A stretch of DNA of 64,000 nucleotides from Armatimonadota bacterium (lineage in GTDB: Bacteria; Armatimonadota; HRBIN16): NCBI GenBank assembly GCA_963677485.1, contig OY781964.1:5156041-5220040 (forward strand), given 5' to 3'. This document shows positions 51,120-61,374 of this stretch, piece by piece. The notes below the pieces were generated by a model. It was not told where the DNA came from, searched no databases, and saw nothing but the letters and a program-made list of their open reading frames with translations. Both the position numbers and the translations under genes were made by a program. Each line of letters begins with the position of its first letter. Positions within the stretch are counted from its first letter, which is position 1.

Positions 51120-52672
51120 GCTTCTACCTCCATATTGGTGTCAGCATTACTGACCAAAATGAATTCGTCGGCACTACGAGCGAAGAGGTAGTCTTTTTTA
51201 GGGGGAAGAGAAGATGTTATTCCCATTGGCTCGTGATCTGTACCGGCCCTCAGTATCTTAGCAATGCGTTGGTAACTACCATCTTGGTAATAGAGAGAGC
51301 GTGCGCAGGCCGCTTCCAGGCGACTACTGCTGTACGTTTGAACTAGCCGGACGATCCTCTTCACGGATTGTCTTCGGTCTACAGGCCTGTCAGCCAGCAA
51401 AGCATTAAGCACCGTAACACAACTGGGGCCGATGTCATGCCCTAATTCCAGGCAATTCTCGATTGAAAGAACCATATAGGCCACTTTATGTGTTGGGTAA
51501 TCAGTCATGCGGGTAATGCGCTGCCCTTGTTGTGTCGCTCTTTGATGTGTTCCAACTAGTTTATGGTCGTTATCATATATCTGCACCACTCGTTCGTGCA
51601 GATGCACGTCCATTTGGCTGCCTATGTAGCTGTAGGGCACGGAATAGTAAGAACCATACACTGTAACATGACAGTCCCGATGGACTTTCGCACTACGAAC
51701 TTCAATGAGATCAAATTCCGTGTCTGGTAATGACTTAAGCGTGCTCTTCTCTACCTGATTGAACTGCGCCAATGGCTGTTTATGTGTGGTTCCATGGTTA
51801 CGCAGACCTGCCTCTTGTGTGATCCAGGTCTTCACAAGCAGGTTCGCTTCGTCGATATCCATGAACTCCCGGCCTGCAATGAAGTTTCGCTGCACGTAAT
51901 GAACCCCGTTTTCCACTTTTCCTTTATGCTCCGGGGTTCTCACTCTACACGGATGAATGAGGAAGTCGTAGTGCAAGGCCAGTTGCCGATACGGCTCCGA
52001 GATGACAGGGTCGTATATATCTGCTTTGAGAACCGCTGACTTTAGATTGTCTATCACAAGTTCCTCTGGAACGCCTCCGAAGAATTCAAAGGCGTTGATA
52101 TGGCAGTTCACCCATGTGGGTATCCTTTGATTGAATACAAACTCCACATATTGATGTCGAGAGTGTGATAGCGTCATCAAGAAGGCATACGTTGAACGCA
52201 TCTTGCCTGTTGCGGGGTCCTTCATTTGCCCCACAAATCCGAAGTCAACCTGGGCCTGTTTTCCTGGGTCTGTCTCTAGACGTATAATGGCCAACTGCTC
52301 TTTGGGGGTCAGTCCGTTAATGAAGCGAATAACCGAAGAGTAGCTACCGGTAAACCCGTATAGTCGTTTGAGGTTGTTGTGGATGGTCACTGCCTCTATG
52401 TGAGTCTGGAGATAGGTCTCGATGATTTCGCGGTATGGTTCAGCACTAGACACATTACTGCGTCGTTTGCGCTGCGGTAAGGTGTCACGAAATGCCTCCA
52501 TACTCGGCATATCTGAATCTGGAGCCAGGTATCCAAGTCGAGAAGCCCACTGTGCGTATTGGCTGACGGTGTTACGAGCGCAGCCCGTGTCACGAGAAAT
52601 CGCTCGTTGGGACTGCCCACGCCGCAGTCGGAATATGATCTCTTCTATGATCTGCATTCTTAGCCTTTCCAT
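51113..52672 (-). CDS. istA: IS21 transposase IstA
   Basis: Identical protein to 41467-43026. Confidence 0.96.
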   Translation of the reverse strand: MERLRMQIIEEIIFRLRRGQSQRAISRDTGCARNTVSQYAQWASRLGYLAPDSDMPSMEAFRDTLPQRKRRSNVSSAEPYREIIETYLQTHIEAVTIHNNLKRLYGFTGSYSSVIRFINGLTPKEQLAIIRLETDPGKQAQVDFGFVGQMKDPATGKMRSTYAFLMTLSHSRHQYVEFVFNQRIPTWVNCHINAFEFFGGVPEELVIDNLKSAVLKADIYDPVISEPYRQLALHYDFLIHPCRVRTPEHKGKVENGVHYVQRNFIAGREFMDIDEANLLVKTWITQEAGLRNHGTTHKQPLAQFNQVEKSTLKSLPDTEFDLIEVRSAKVHRDCHVTVYGSYYSVPYSYIGSQMDVHLHERVVQIYDNDHKLVGTHQRATQQGQRITRMTDYPTHKVAYMVLSIENCLELGHDIGPSCVTVLNALLADRPVDRRQSVKRIVRLVQTYSSSRLEAACARSLYYQDGSYQRIAKILRAGTDHEPMGITSSLPPKKDYLFARSADEFILVSNADTNMEVEAC

Positions 52673-52812
52673 GTATGCCCTCCTGATAAAACTGTGTCTA
52701 TCATTTAGGCGGTCAGGGGCATCGAAACACGGCTAGAGTGGTATAGTCATGCCGAACATGGGTGGCTCACACATGCCGAATGGGCTGGTATAGTGTAACC
52801 CGATTAGCGACA

Positions 52813-54144
52813 TCCGCAATCACAGACGTCATTAAGAACAGGCAGTCCATTTGTGACCAGCTAAGGCAAACCGCCGTGGCAGGAATTCGTATGGACATCG
52901 CCGACATTAGTGTAAGCCTTTACATAGGCAAGGTGGATTTCATCGCAGAACCTGCTGACCGAATCGCTGATGAACTCATTACATCAATGTATGACAGGCA
53001 TTTAGCTATGAGATGTGAGACCGCGGTCCGTGACTGGATTGTATGTGGTGCTGGGGGTATATTCCTCACTCCTTTCGGTCCACGTGCTTTACGGCCTGAT
53101 GAAGCGAGTTGGACTGGATCTATCTTTGAACCAGAAGGATGTGTGCGTGAGTTCAAGATGTCACGAGTAGATGCAGCCAAGAGGTTCCATCGTAAACTCC
53201 CTAATGACAGCGACACCGTCACCATAACCGAAGTGTATGACGGCACGGATGTCATCTATTATATTGGTGAATTCAAGCTATGCACATTCAAGAACTGGAG
53301 ATACACTCCACACTGGTTATTCGGGCTAGAGCGGCCTAGGCTGAATTCTACGCTTAATACACTGCCCATTTCAGTAATAGAAAGGGTAGCCGGTTTGTCC
53401 GATGCTTATGATTCCACCATCTATTCCATCGACCAGATATCAAAGCGGTCAGGTCTGGCCTTAGTGGATTCCACTATGCTGAAAGATCCTGAGAGTGCTG
53501 CCAATATCCATGAGCGGTATGAAGTGGTGGAAGTGGTGAGTTCTGAAAAGGGGTCAGCATTTAGTCCAGTTGAAAAACAGTCCATTAATGACCTAGTGGG
53601 TGGGTTCAACATTTTATCCAATGAGATCACAAGTCGGACCGGTGTGAATCCATACCAGCGTGGAATAGCTGCTCCAAGTGTTGACCTTGCCACTGAGAGT
53701 ATAGCCATTCAGTCACAGTCAGGTGTGCGTTCCAGCTACTATGGGGACCGTGTAGCCAGATGGCTGGATGCTGTGATCAAGGATTACCGGTCCTACCTTT
53801 GCCGTCTACCTTCCAATGAGATTGAATATGTGGAGTTGGTTATTGACGGGGAACCTATTACATTCGGTCCTGCCACTCCTTACAAGAACGTGCTGGATGG
53901 AATCACTATAAGGCTTGCCACGGTGGGATATGCTGAAGCGATCCAACGAAGGCAGGAAACACAGGGACTGCTTCAGATGCTTAATGGCGCACCAGGTGTA
54001 AACACACAACTACTTGTTAAACGACTACTTAGATCATACGGACTTAACCCAGATGAGTATATGACTCCAGAACCAACCCCTGAACAGTTACAACAGATGC
54101 AAGCATCACAGATGCAACAACCACAGGCCCAGCCTGCTCAATAA
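52813..54144 (+). pseudogene. Probable phage portal protein, 5'-truncated by IS21
   Basis: ITSRTGVNPYQRG...ATE motif and Q/P-rich tail typical of P22-like portals; the first 17 codons of the listed ORF come from the IS end. Confidence 0.7.
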
Positions 54145-54158
54145 GATAAGGAATTAAT

Positions 54159-54833
54159 ATGCCCACTCCAGAAGAAGAACTCGCCGCAATATTGTCTCAA
54201 GATGAAGGTACACCTGATACTAACGTACCCGAACAGCCAGTAGATACAGATCCGAAAGTAGGTGACCTAATCGCCCAGCTCCCGCCTGAATATCAAGGTG
54301 TAGCTGAGCAGATTAGACGTGTCTATCAAAGCAAGGCTGCCAAGTCCATTAATCAATCGAAGGCTCCAGATACTCAAACTCCAGACATGAGCTTTTTGGA
54401 CAGCATTATCAATGGTGACAGTCCTACACCTGATTCCACACAGGACTCCACTACTGATACACAAGATCCATGGGGCGACCCTTATGCACCCAAGATTGCG
54501 GCACTCACCAGTCAAGTAGAAGCTATGAAACAGGCTATGGCACAGCAACAGCAGGCAGCCGCTAAGAAGCAGTTTGAAGAGTTCATCTCTACTGGTGCTG
54601 ACAAAATCAGGCAGATTGCATCTGATACTGGTCTTGAGCCAACCGATGAAGAGATGAATCAAATACTCACTGTATCTGCTAAGTCGGGTTTGGATATGAA
54701 CAGGGCCTTCGGAGCGGTCATGGGCGAGAAGATGATTAACTCGAATAAAGCAACCCGTGTGACTTCTAAAGAACAGTCACCGGTTGATAATCTTTCACCC
54801 ACTGAACAGTTCATTCAGTTACTACAGAAATAG
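54159..54833 (+). CDS. Probable capsid scaffolding protein
   Basis: Acidic/Pro-rich N-terminus, helical coiled coil, position between portal and capsid. Confidence 0.6.
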   Translation: MPTPEEELAAILSQDEGTPDTNVPEQPVDTDPKVGDLIAQLPPEYQGVAEQIRRVYQSKAAKSINQSKAPDTQTPDMSFLDSIINGDSPTPDSTQDSTTDTQDPWGDPYAPKIAALTSQVEAMKQAMAQQQQAAAKKQFEEFISTGADKIRQIASDTGLEPTDEEMNQILTVSAKSGLDMNRAFGAVMGEKMINSNKATRVTSKEQSPVDNLSPTEQFIQLLQK

Positions 54834-54842
54834 GAAATATAA

Positions 54843-55082
54843 TTGGAAAAGACACTAGACAATCTTACATATAGTGAGTTCAAACAATACCTACTTGACG
54901 AAGCTGTACAATACGGGAATCCCGCTGTAAAGCCATTCCTTGATAGTCTGGAATATATGGAGTATCGAGCTCTTGATTATTGTGACAGAGGAATGATTCC
55001 TGAATTCGTTCAAGTAGGATCAACACCAGATGGTGTGTATTGTAACAATACTTCAGCTACTCAACCCACAAAGGTTTCATAA
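54843..55082 (+). CDS. Small hypothetical phage protein
   Basis: TTG start with AGGA RBS; 79 aa. Confidence 0.5.
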   Translation: MEKTLDNLTYSEFKQYLLDEAVQYGNPAVKPFLDSLEYMEYRALDYCDRGMIPEFVQVGSTPDGVYCNNTSATQPTKVS

Positions 55083-55364
55083 GTTTTACTGTCACAATGG
55101 CGTGACTAAACCCTAAGAGACTTACACCATAAGTGTTCGAAAGAATCAACTTAGGTAGTCAGTCCTTCAACCCCTTCTTTTCTAAGTTAAATAAGCATTG
55201 ATGTGTTCATAAGAATCAACTGAGACGCTAAACTTCAACCTCACCTCTAAAGAATCAACCAAGATAGTGTTCTGAAAAGAATCAACGACAATAGGTGTTC
55301 TTAGTACAGGGATTAATATGTAGATTAATTTCTACTCTGTTTTCCAAACTAAGGATAAATAACA
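55083..55364 (+). ncRNA. Candidate structured RNA / capsid-gene leader with a four-fold repeated motif
   Basis: Four AAGAATCAAC and four GTGTTC arranged as mutually pairing units in a non-coding gap of an otherwise compact operon. Confidence 0.45.
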
Positions 55365-56330
55365 ATGGCTGTAGGAAACTACGAACAGGCCCTCTCAGTG
55401 GGCATTCCCCTATTTTTGAATTCGTACCGTGACAACATCACCAACTATGCTCCCACTCTTAAAGCAATGAAGGAGTTCGGTGGCCTTATCACTAAAGCAG
55501 GAGGCACTGCTCTGCTTTGCCCAATCCGACACAGCGGCTCCAACGTTGTGGTGGTGGGTGCAAACCCTGCCGATGCTTCCATCTATGTGAACAGTGCAGT
55601 GTCCGACCAAGTAGACAGTGCAGCTTATAACTGGGCTGAACTGTGGTCTGGTATTGCACTTGCTGACCGAGAACTCAACAAACTCAAGAACGACAACGCC
55701 GCCCTTACTGAATACATCAGTTCCTACACTCAGGGATCGATTGAGGACTTCGGTAAGATGATTAACACCTCCCTCCATTCTACCGGTTACGCTTACGGAA
55801 GTGAGACGACCCTTGGTAACCTCCAAGGTGCGATCTACACAACCGGAACGCTGGGTGGGATCGACAGTTCCCAGTCTGGCAATGCCTTCTGGCGTTCGAC
55901 CGTGACTGATGCTGCTTCTGGTGTAGCTAGTCTTGCCATGATTGACAGTATGCAGGCCACGATCCAGTCGGTTGACGGCGAACAGCCTAACCTGATTGTC
56001 ACGACCCCTGCTATTTTCAGCAAGCTTCGCTCTGCCATCGTTGGTGCCCAGCGCATCGTGATTGGTGCTAACCTTGCTAAGGGTCAGCTTGGCATGAGTG
56101 CTGTGGAATACAATGGTTCGACCATTGTCGGTGATGCTTCATGTGCTGCTGAAACTATCTACTTCATCAACACTACGACCCTTCGCCTTGTGGTTAGTTC
56201 AGACGCCATCAAGGTTGAGGAATTCGCAGATGCACGTCCGTTACGTCAGTGGAAGCTTGGCTGGCACTGCCAGTTGACCTGCTCTGACCGCAAGAGTAAT
56301 GGCCGTCTCTACACCGTCAAACTTGCCTAA
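55365..56330 (+). CDS. Probable phage major capsid protein
   Basis: 321 aa; GTLGGID...FWRS, PNLIVTT, IYFINT, QLTCSDR; strong codon bias; followed by a terminator. Confidence 0.8.
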   Translation: MAVGNYEQALSVGIPLFLNSYRDNITNYAPTLKAMKEFGGLITKAGGTALLCPIRHSGSNVVVVGANPADASIYVNSAVSDQVDSAAYNWAELWSGIALADRELNKLKNDNAALTEYISSYTQGSIEDFGKMINTSLHSTGYAYGSETTLGNLQGAIYTTGTLGGIDSSQSGNAFWRSTVTDAASGVASLAMIDSMQATIQSVDGEQPNLIVTTPAIFSKLRSAIVGAQRIVIGANLAKGQLGMSAVEYNGSTIVGDASCAAETIYFINTTTLRLVVSSDAIKVEEFADARPLRQWKLGWHCQLTCSDRKSNGRLYTVKLA

Positions 56331-56342
56331 CTAGGCACGATC

Positions 56343-56368
56343 AAGGGCAGCTTCGGCTGCCCTTTTTT
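56343..56368 (+). terminator. Rho-independent terminator after capsid gene
   Basis: AAGGGCAGC-TTCG-GCTGCCCTT followed by a T run. Confidence 0.88.
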
Positions 56369-56378
56369 AGGAGCACAC

Positions 56379-56666
56379 ATGGAAATAGCAGGAATTCTAG
56401 CACTAGTTAAGGAAGTTGGGGCGTTAATAGCGTTCCTATGGGTCATCCTGCTGGTAGGACAGCGGTTGATCAACAGTCTGGTTACCAACATCACTTCAGA
56501 AATGAGAAGTGGGTTCCAGTCGATATGTGAGCGCATGGATTCAATCATCAATGGACGTGGTGTGGACACTCAGGTGATTTTGTCAGCACTCAGTCAGCAC
56601 ACCGATGTGATTGTATCTCACATAGTGGACAGGCCAATCTGCCCGATGCATAAGGACAACAAGTAA
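56379..56666 (+). CDS. Small membrane protein (holin-like)
   Basis: N-terminal hydrophobic helix; AGGAG RBS. Confidence 0.5.
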   Translation: MEIAGILALVKEVGALIAFLWVILLVGQRLINSLVTNITSEMRSGFQSICERMDSIINGRGVDTQVILSALSQHTDVIVSHIVDRPICPMHKDNK

Positions 56667-58810
56667 TGATTACATGGGGTGACCGTCTACAAGACTTTTC
56701 AGGTAGCCTTGCTGGAGCATGTGTATACGTATCAGGTCATGGCATAGGATTACCATTGGTGCCAGATGGTCCGACTTGGATAGACGGTCTCCCCAGTGAC
56801 ACATACAATTTTGAACCTATAGGCTCTCTTTATACTGGGCTAAATGAAAACTCAGAGAGTACATCATTAATCGGACCCGGAAGCAGCATGGAGCTGTGGT
56901 GGAATTTAGCCTATGGTAGTGACATCTTAGATAATGGTCAGTATTACATGGCTGCTCAGTATTATGTAGTATCTGGAGAAACCATAGGATTAGGATACTA
57001 CCGGGTGAAAACAACCCATGGGCATGACACATGGGGATATGTTAAGCTGGCTACCTCACTGCTTGATTATCAGTTCAGTATTGGTGATGGACCGATCACT
57101 CATACATGGGATGACTGGGGTTCGATACTTGAAGAGATTACTCCTATAGCTGAACCATTCAAGTCATGTAGTTGGTTAAGGTCATACAGCGGTCCCACTG
57201 GAACCACATTTAGCCTTTCATCTTTACCAGATGATTCTGATGCTGGCACAGTAAGTGGAACCGCCTTCAATGGTGGGTATATAACCCATGGTGTGCGCAG
57301 GATTTCAAACTTCGAGGCTTCTGTTTCAAAGGGAAGTGTAGCGTGGCGTGTTCCAACTCTAGCTACATTAGAGACGGTCCATCATACTTCCGGCTGGGTA
57401 TATGAATATCCATATGGTTACCGTGGTGGATCTCTTTTAAGTGGTACGATTGAAACCGAACTACCCTGCTATGGAGACAACAATTTCCAAACACTTACTC
57501 ATCTGACTTACGGACATGATGCTATCAGTTCAGGTCAGTATTGTGGATTTATACCTTATGTTAGAAGCGGGAATGAGTATTACGGCCAAGGATGGGTTGA
57601 TTATAAAACTGATGCTGGAGTTACGGGATGCTGCACAGCTCAATTGACAGGTTCTGTTGATCCAGTCTATAAGTCAGATGCCTACCACCCCATCACTGAA
57701 TTCCTGAACGGAAATGCCTTAAGCACTGATTCAGTACATAGTTGGTTCATGAACAAGCGTATGAGTTCTGGCTGTAGTTTCACCTCCTTTGAAAAGTATC
57801 GGTTATCTGGAAGTGCTGCATGGACAGATTATGATGTCACCGGTCCACTATACTTTGGAGTGATGAGAGTAAGTAACTTCACAGCCTCAATGACAAAGGG
57901 CAGTGCTTCCTTTGATGTGATCAGTTCAGATTTTGATGTAACTACGTCAGGCTATTGGACTTCATCTCTAGTTCCCACACTGGGCAGGATTGTGTCAGGT
58001 GCGGTAACTCCATCGGGTAACTGGCCCACAGTCACTTACACCACAGACGGCCAGACTTATGGAGCATTGCCGACTACTGCCACAAACATTGGATGCAGGA
58101 TCACCACTTCGAACCCCACTTCACCAACAGTATTCATCTCAGAACCCCATGGTGATTTAGCAGTCATGGACGATTACGACATTCCTTACTTATCAGGAAG
58201 CTGGATAAGCCAAATAACAATCGAAGATAGCGAGGCGTACGGTATGCAAAGTTGGCAGGATCCCAAATGCGTTCCATCTACCTGTGAGATCATATATCAA
58301 GTTCGTCAGATGATCGAGTATGATGGCGATAGCGAGGGCATTACAACTGACAATATCTGTAGACTTGCTCATTCCAGCGTGGCTGATCTATATTTAGTCC
58401 TTGGATATCCATTGACGACCATCACGGTGAGCGGAGCTTCAACAGAACCATCACGCACCAAGGTTTCATTCCTTAGGATTCATTCCGTAGTGAATTCACT
58501 TGGTCATGTCGTTGACGACTATTCCATAGAAGGAGATCAGTTCATCAATAAGGGTTCTGAACTCAAGGTGGTGGGTGTGCCGCGACCGGTGCCAGGTTGT
58601 GCCATTCCTGTTGAATTGATTGAGGCGTTAGCCTTGCTCACTGCATACAAATGGATGAGAACCAGAAGTGTTGACCGTGCTGCACTCTACCTTAGGGACT
58701 ACAGGACTGCACTTGGTAACTTCAGATCAGGACTGGTTGGCCATTCACTTAAAGGCAACCTCAAGTCTAACCTTCCAGTTTTCACTCCAATTATCATAGG
58801 TACCCTATAA
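56666..58810 (+). CDS. Phage virion structural protein with adaptor-like C-terminus
   Basis: S/T/G/Y-rich beta region; C-terminal IPVELIEALALLTAYKW...AALYLRDY resembles head-tail adaptors. Confidence 0.55.
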   Translation: MITWGDRLQDFSGSLAGACVYVSGHGIGLPLVPDGPTWIDGLPSDTYNFEPIGSLYTGLNENSESTSLIGPGSSMELWWNLAYGSDILDNGQYYMAAQYYVVSGETIGLGYYRVKTTHGHDTWGYVKLATSLLDYQFSIGDGPITHTWDDWGSILEEITPIAEPFKSCSWLRSYSGPTGTTFSLSSLPDDSDAGTVSGTAFNGGYITHGVRRISNFEASVSKGSVAWRVPTLATLETVHHTSGWVYEYPYGYRGGSLLSGTIETELPCYGDNNFQTLTHLTYGHDAISSGQYCGFIPYVRSGNEYYGQGWVDYKTDAGVTGCCTAQLTGSVDPVYKSDAYHPITEFLNGNALSTDSVHSWFMNKRMSSGCSFTSFEKYRLSGSAAWTDYDVTGPLYFGVMRVSNFTASMTKGSASFDVISSDFDVTTSGYWTSSLVPTLGRIVSGAVTPSGNWPTVTYTTDGQTYGALPTTATNIGCRITTSNPTSPTVFISEPHGDLAVMDDYDIPYLSGSWISQITIEDSEAYGMQSWQDPKCVPSTCEIIYQVRQMIEYDGDSEGITTDNICRLAHSSVADLYLVLGYPLTTITVSGASTEPSRTKVSFLRIHSVVNSLGHVVDDYSIEGDQFINKGSELKVVGVPRPVPGCAIPVELIEALALLTAYKWMRTRSVDRAALYLRDYRTALGNFRSGLVGHSLKGNLKSNLPVFTPIIIGTL

Positions 58811-60693
58811 TGTCAGTCACAGACAAGCAACTGGCCTTCAGTGGAATTACTGGGAGAAACCTGTATACATCTGACACAGCCGAGGCGGTGGATATTTCGA
58901 TTGAAGATGGGATGCTGCGTGGTCGTCAGACTGACACGGCCATTCCTAATGTGAGTGGGAATATCACTTTGTCTGGCACGGCTATTGTGGCTGGTGATTT
59001 CGCATGGGGTGATGATGTCTATTCATGCTCGACGGGATGGATAAAGAACGGGACCGCTCTTAACCTGCCTTCAAAGCCTACATTAAGTGTTGGTTATGAC
59101 TTAATTCGAAAGCCGATATCATCCATCAATATAGCTGCATATCATGGCTCGACATCAGGTAATGATGACTACGCTGAGATTAAGAATGGTCGTGAATGGT
59201 GGAGCATCTGGAAGGAACTGAACCCTATAGAAACACATGGGGTAAGGAGTCAGTTTGACCCACCATTGGATATGTCAAAATCAACCACAATGGAAGCACC
59301 GCTACAGGTAATTGTCTATGGTTCTCAAATTGTAGACTTTAATGACATGAAAGTTTTCATAAATGACACTGAGATGACAACATCAAGTGTCAGTGGAAGT
59401 ATATCGTGGGACAGTTCCAAGTGGGATCATCCTACCTCACCAATCAGCAGTGGGGACTGGGCAGCCCATGGGCAACAGATCACTTACACTGCCAGTCTAT
59501 CAAACCTTGAAACACCAGCCTCTGTAAAGTCTATCGAGATGAGACTTCCTATATGGCATAAAATCGACCAAGAGGATGGATTTGTAGTTAAGATTCCATC
59601 AGGTTTTTCATTAGCTTCAAGCATAGGAGCTGGTGACTATTCCTATGTAGCTACCCTCACATCTGGAGGGGTAGAAGGTCCAATCAGTGATCCAGTGGAT
59701 ATCGTTGTTGGTTCTGGTCCGTATATCATTTCTGCTGTCATATCTGGCAGTGGCACAGTCAAGCTATACAGGGCAACGGCTGGCACGTATGGACTTATAG
59801 GGAGTGCGGAATCATCTGGATCAGTGACCATTCAGGATACTGGCCAAGCGATTACCGACATTCTACGGCCTACAACCTGCCTTCCAGTTGGGTTAAGCAC
59901 TATTTGGGGAAACCGTGTTGTCATCGCTTCAGGAAACACGATCTATGTCTCCGCCGCGGGACGCCCTACAACATTTGCTGAAGTACCGTTGAATGATGAT
60001 GGACTGGATGCATACGCAGTTACGCTGGGTGAGCCGATTAACTGCCTCAATGTGAATGAAGCGTTGGTGGCCTACAGTCCGAATTCCAAATACCTGTTTT
60101 CCGGTCAGACGATATACAAGGGGGATCGTTACGGTCAGCAGACTCCAACCCACAGCCCTTCCATAGGTGTAGTTGCAGCTGATGGCGAGGTGGAACTTGG
60201 TTCTGACTTTGTGGTGTTAGCTGGAAAAGTGGAATACCTTCCAGATGTGTTCACTCCTTCCAGTAGGGTGCTCCAGCGTAAGGATATCTACCTTCTGAAT
60301 GGAACCAAGTTGTATGTTCGAAAGATGGATGTGACAGGCTGGATTACCTACACCTTGCCATTCACAGGTGTGGACCTAGAATTCGATGGTCAGTATGCCG
60401 TGGTGAGTTCATCTGGATCATGCATTCGGATTGCTAATGGTTCATCGCGGATGACAGGCCATTGGTTGAGCGGTCAGATGTCCAGTATAGGGCAATTACG
60501 AGCTAAATGGGTGATGATTCGAGGTTCTGCTGATGTGACTATAACCAACCAGACCACTTCGCTATCCAAGACCATTACGGATGACACATGGAATTGTAGC
60601 CTACTCCCTTCGGATTCCTTCAACATCAAGATCACTCCCAATGCTGTATATATTGCCACTGTGGGTTATGAACAAACAGCAGTTCGAGCATAG
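58810..60693 (+). CDS. Probable tail/stabilisation (nozzle-like) protein
   Basis: FSG near the N-terminus, WGNRVVIA...IYVS beta-propeller-like strands; position after the adaptor. Confidence 0.55.
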   Translation: MSVTDKQLAFSGITGRNLYTSDTAEAVDISIEDGMLRGRQTDTAIPNVSGNITLSGTAIVAGDFAWGDDVYSCSTGWIKNGTALNLPSKPTLSVGYDLIRKPISSINIAAYHGSTSGNDDYAEIKNGREWWSIWKELNPIETHGVRSQFDPPLDMSKSTTMEAPLQVIVYGSQIVDFNDMKVFINDTEMTTSSVSGSISWDSSKWDHPTSPISSGDWAAHGQQITYTASLSNLETPASVKSIEMRLPIWHKIDQEDGFVVKIPSGFSLASSIGAGDYSYVATLTSGGVEGPISDPVDIVVGSGPYIISAVISGSGTVKLYRATAGTYGLIGSAESSGSVTIQDTGQAITDILRPTTCLPVGLSTIWGNRVVIASGNTIYVSAAGRPTTFAEVPLNDDGLDAYAVTLGEPINCLNVNEALVAYSPNSKYLFSGQTIYKGDRYGQQTPTHSPSIGVVAADGEVELGSDFVVLAGKVEYLPDVFTPSSRVLQRKDIYLLNGTKLYVRKMDVTGWITYTLPFTGVDLEFDGQYAVVSSSGSCIRIANGSSRMTGHWLSGQMSSIGQLRAKWVMIRGSADVTITNQTTSLSKTITDDTWNCSLLPSDSFNIKITPNAVYIATVGYEQTAVRA

Positions 60694-60731
60694 GTACACT
60701 TATTCTGTACGGTACACTTTCTGGAGGAATT

Positions 60732-61373
60732 ATGAAACGACTAGATCTGACCGGTCAAGTGTTCACTAGATTGACCGTGATTGAGTATTCCCACACGAAT
60801 CAGAACAGCGACATAATCTGGAGATGCACTTGTCAATGCGGACAGGAAACTCTCGTCACAACCGAGAGTTTGAGAGGCGCACGCACCAAGAGTTGCGGTT
60901 GTTTGAAGAAGGATTCACCAAGACAACGCTTCAGGAAATATGGGAATGATCCTGTGACAGGCGTCTGCTTGAGCCGGTCAAGAGCCTACGGTTCATGGAT
61001 AAACATGCTTCACAGATGCTACAAGCCTTATGATAGGAACTATAACTTATATGGTGGCCGTGGTATAAATGTCTGTCCTGAGTGGCATGACTTCAAGCGG
61101 TTCATGGCTGACATGGGTGATCGACCTGACGGTATGAGCATTGACAGAATAGACCCTAATGGTAACTACGAACCATCGAACTGCCAATGGGCTACCACCA
61201 CTGCACAGGGACGCAACAAACGGGTCAAGAGCAATATCAGCATAGACGGTCAAACCGTGACTGTGATTGAACTGTCGGAAGTCCTTGATATTCCCATCAA
61301 CACACTTCACTCCAAACTACGCAACCTGTTCATTAAGAAATCACACGCGACGATAGAAAGTAAAGGTAACTAA
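60732..61373 (+). CDS. Free-standing phage HNH homing-endonuclease-like protein
   Basis: DLTGQVFTRLTV, WRCTCQCG, SCGC, YGGRGI, SIDRIDPNGNYEPSNCQWAT. Confidence 0.88.
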   Translation: MKRLDLTGQVFTRLTVIEYSHTNQNSDIIWRCTCQCGQETLVTTESLRGARTKSCGCLKKDSPRQRFRKYGNDPVTGVCLSRSRAYGSWINMLHRCYKPYDRNYNLYGGRGINVCPEWHDFKRFMADMGDRPDGMSIDRIDPNGNYEPSNCQWATTTAQGRNKRVKSNISIDGQTVTVIELSEVLDIPINTLHSKLRNLFIKKSHATIESKGN

Positions 61374-61374
61374 T

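Larger units (their letters stand above)
50250..52812 (-). mobile_element. IS21-family insertion sequence, copy 2 (2563 bp, inverted)
   Basis: Reverse complement of copy 1; identical proteins, at least one synonymous SNP (ACC/ACA). Confidence 0.95.

Noticed and set aside
41327-52812. Composite transposon carrying the tRNA
   Set aside because: The outer flanks share no target duplication, and the split RloC-like gene is better explained by inversion in place.
55133-55302. Repeats read as a CRISPR mini-array
   Set aside because: Repeat units are only 10-20 nt with irregular spacing (70, 39, 27 nt).
55319-55340. GTAGATTAATTTCTACT resembles the Cas12a repeat stem
   Set aside because: The halves are in permuted order, it is a single copy, and there are no spacers or cas genes; most likely a local hairpin.
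60692-60725. Short tandem GGTACACTT(A)TTCTG repeat before the HNH gene
   Set aside because: Only two short copies; it could be an insertion scar but no function can be supported.
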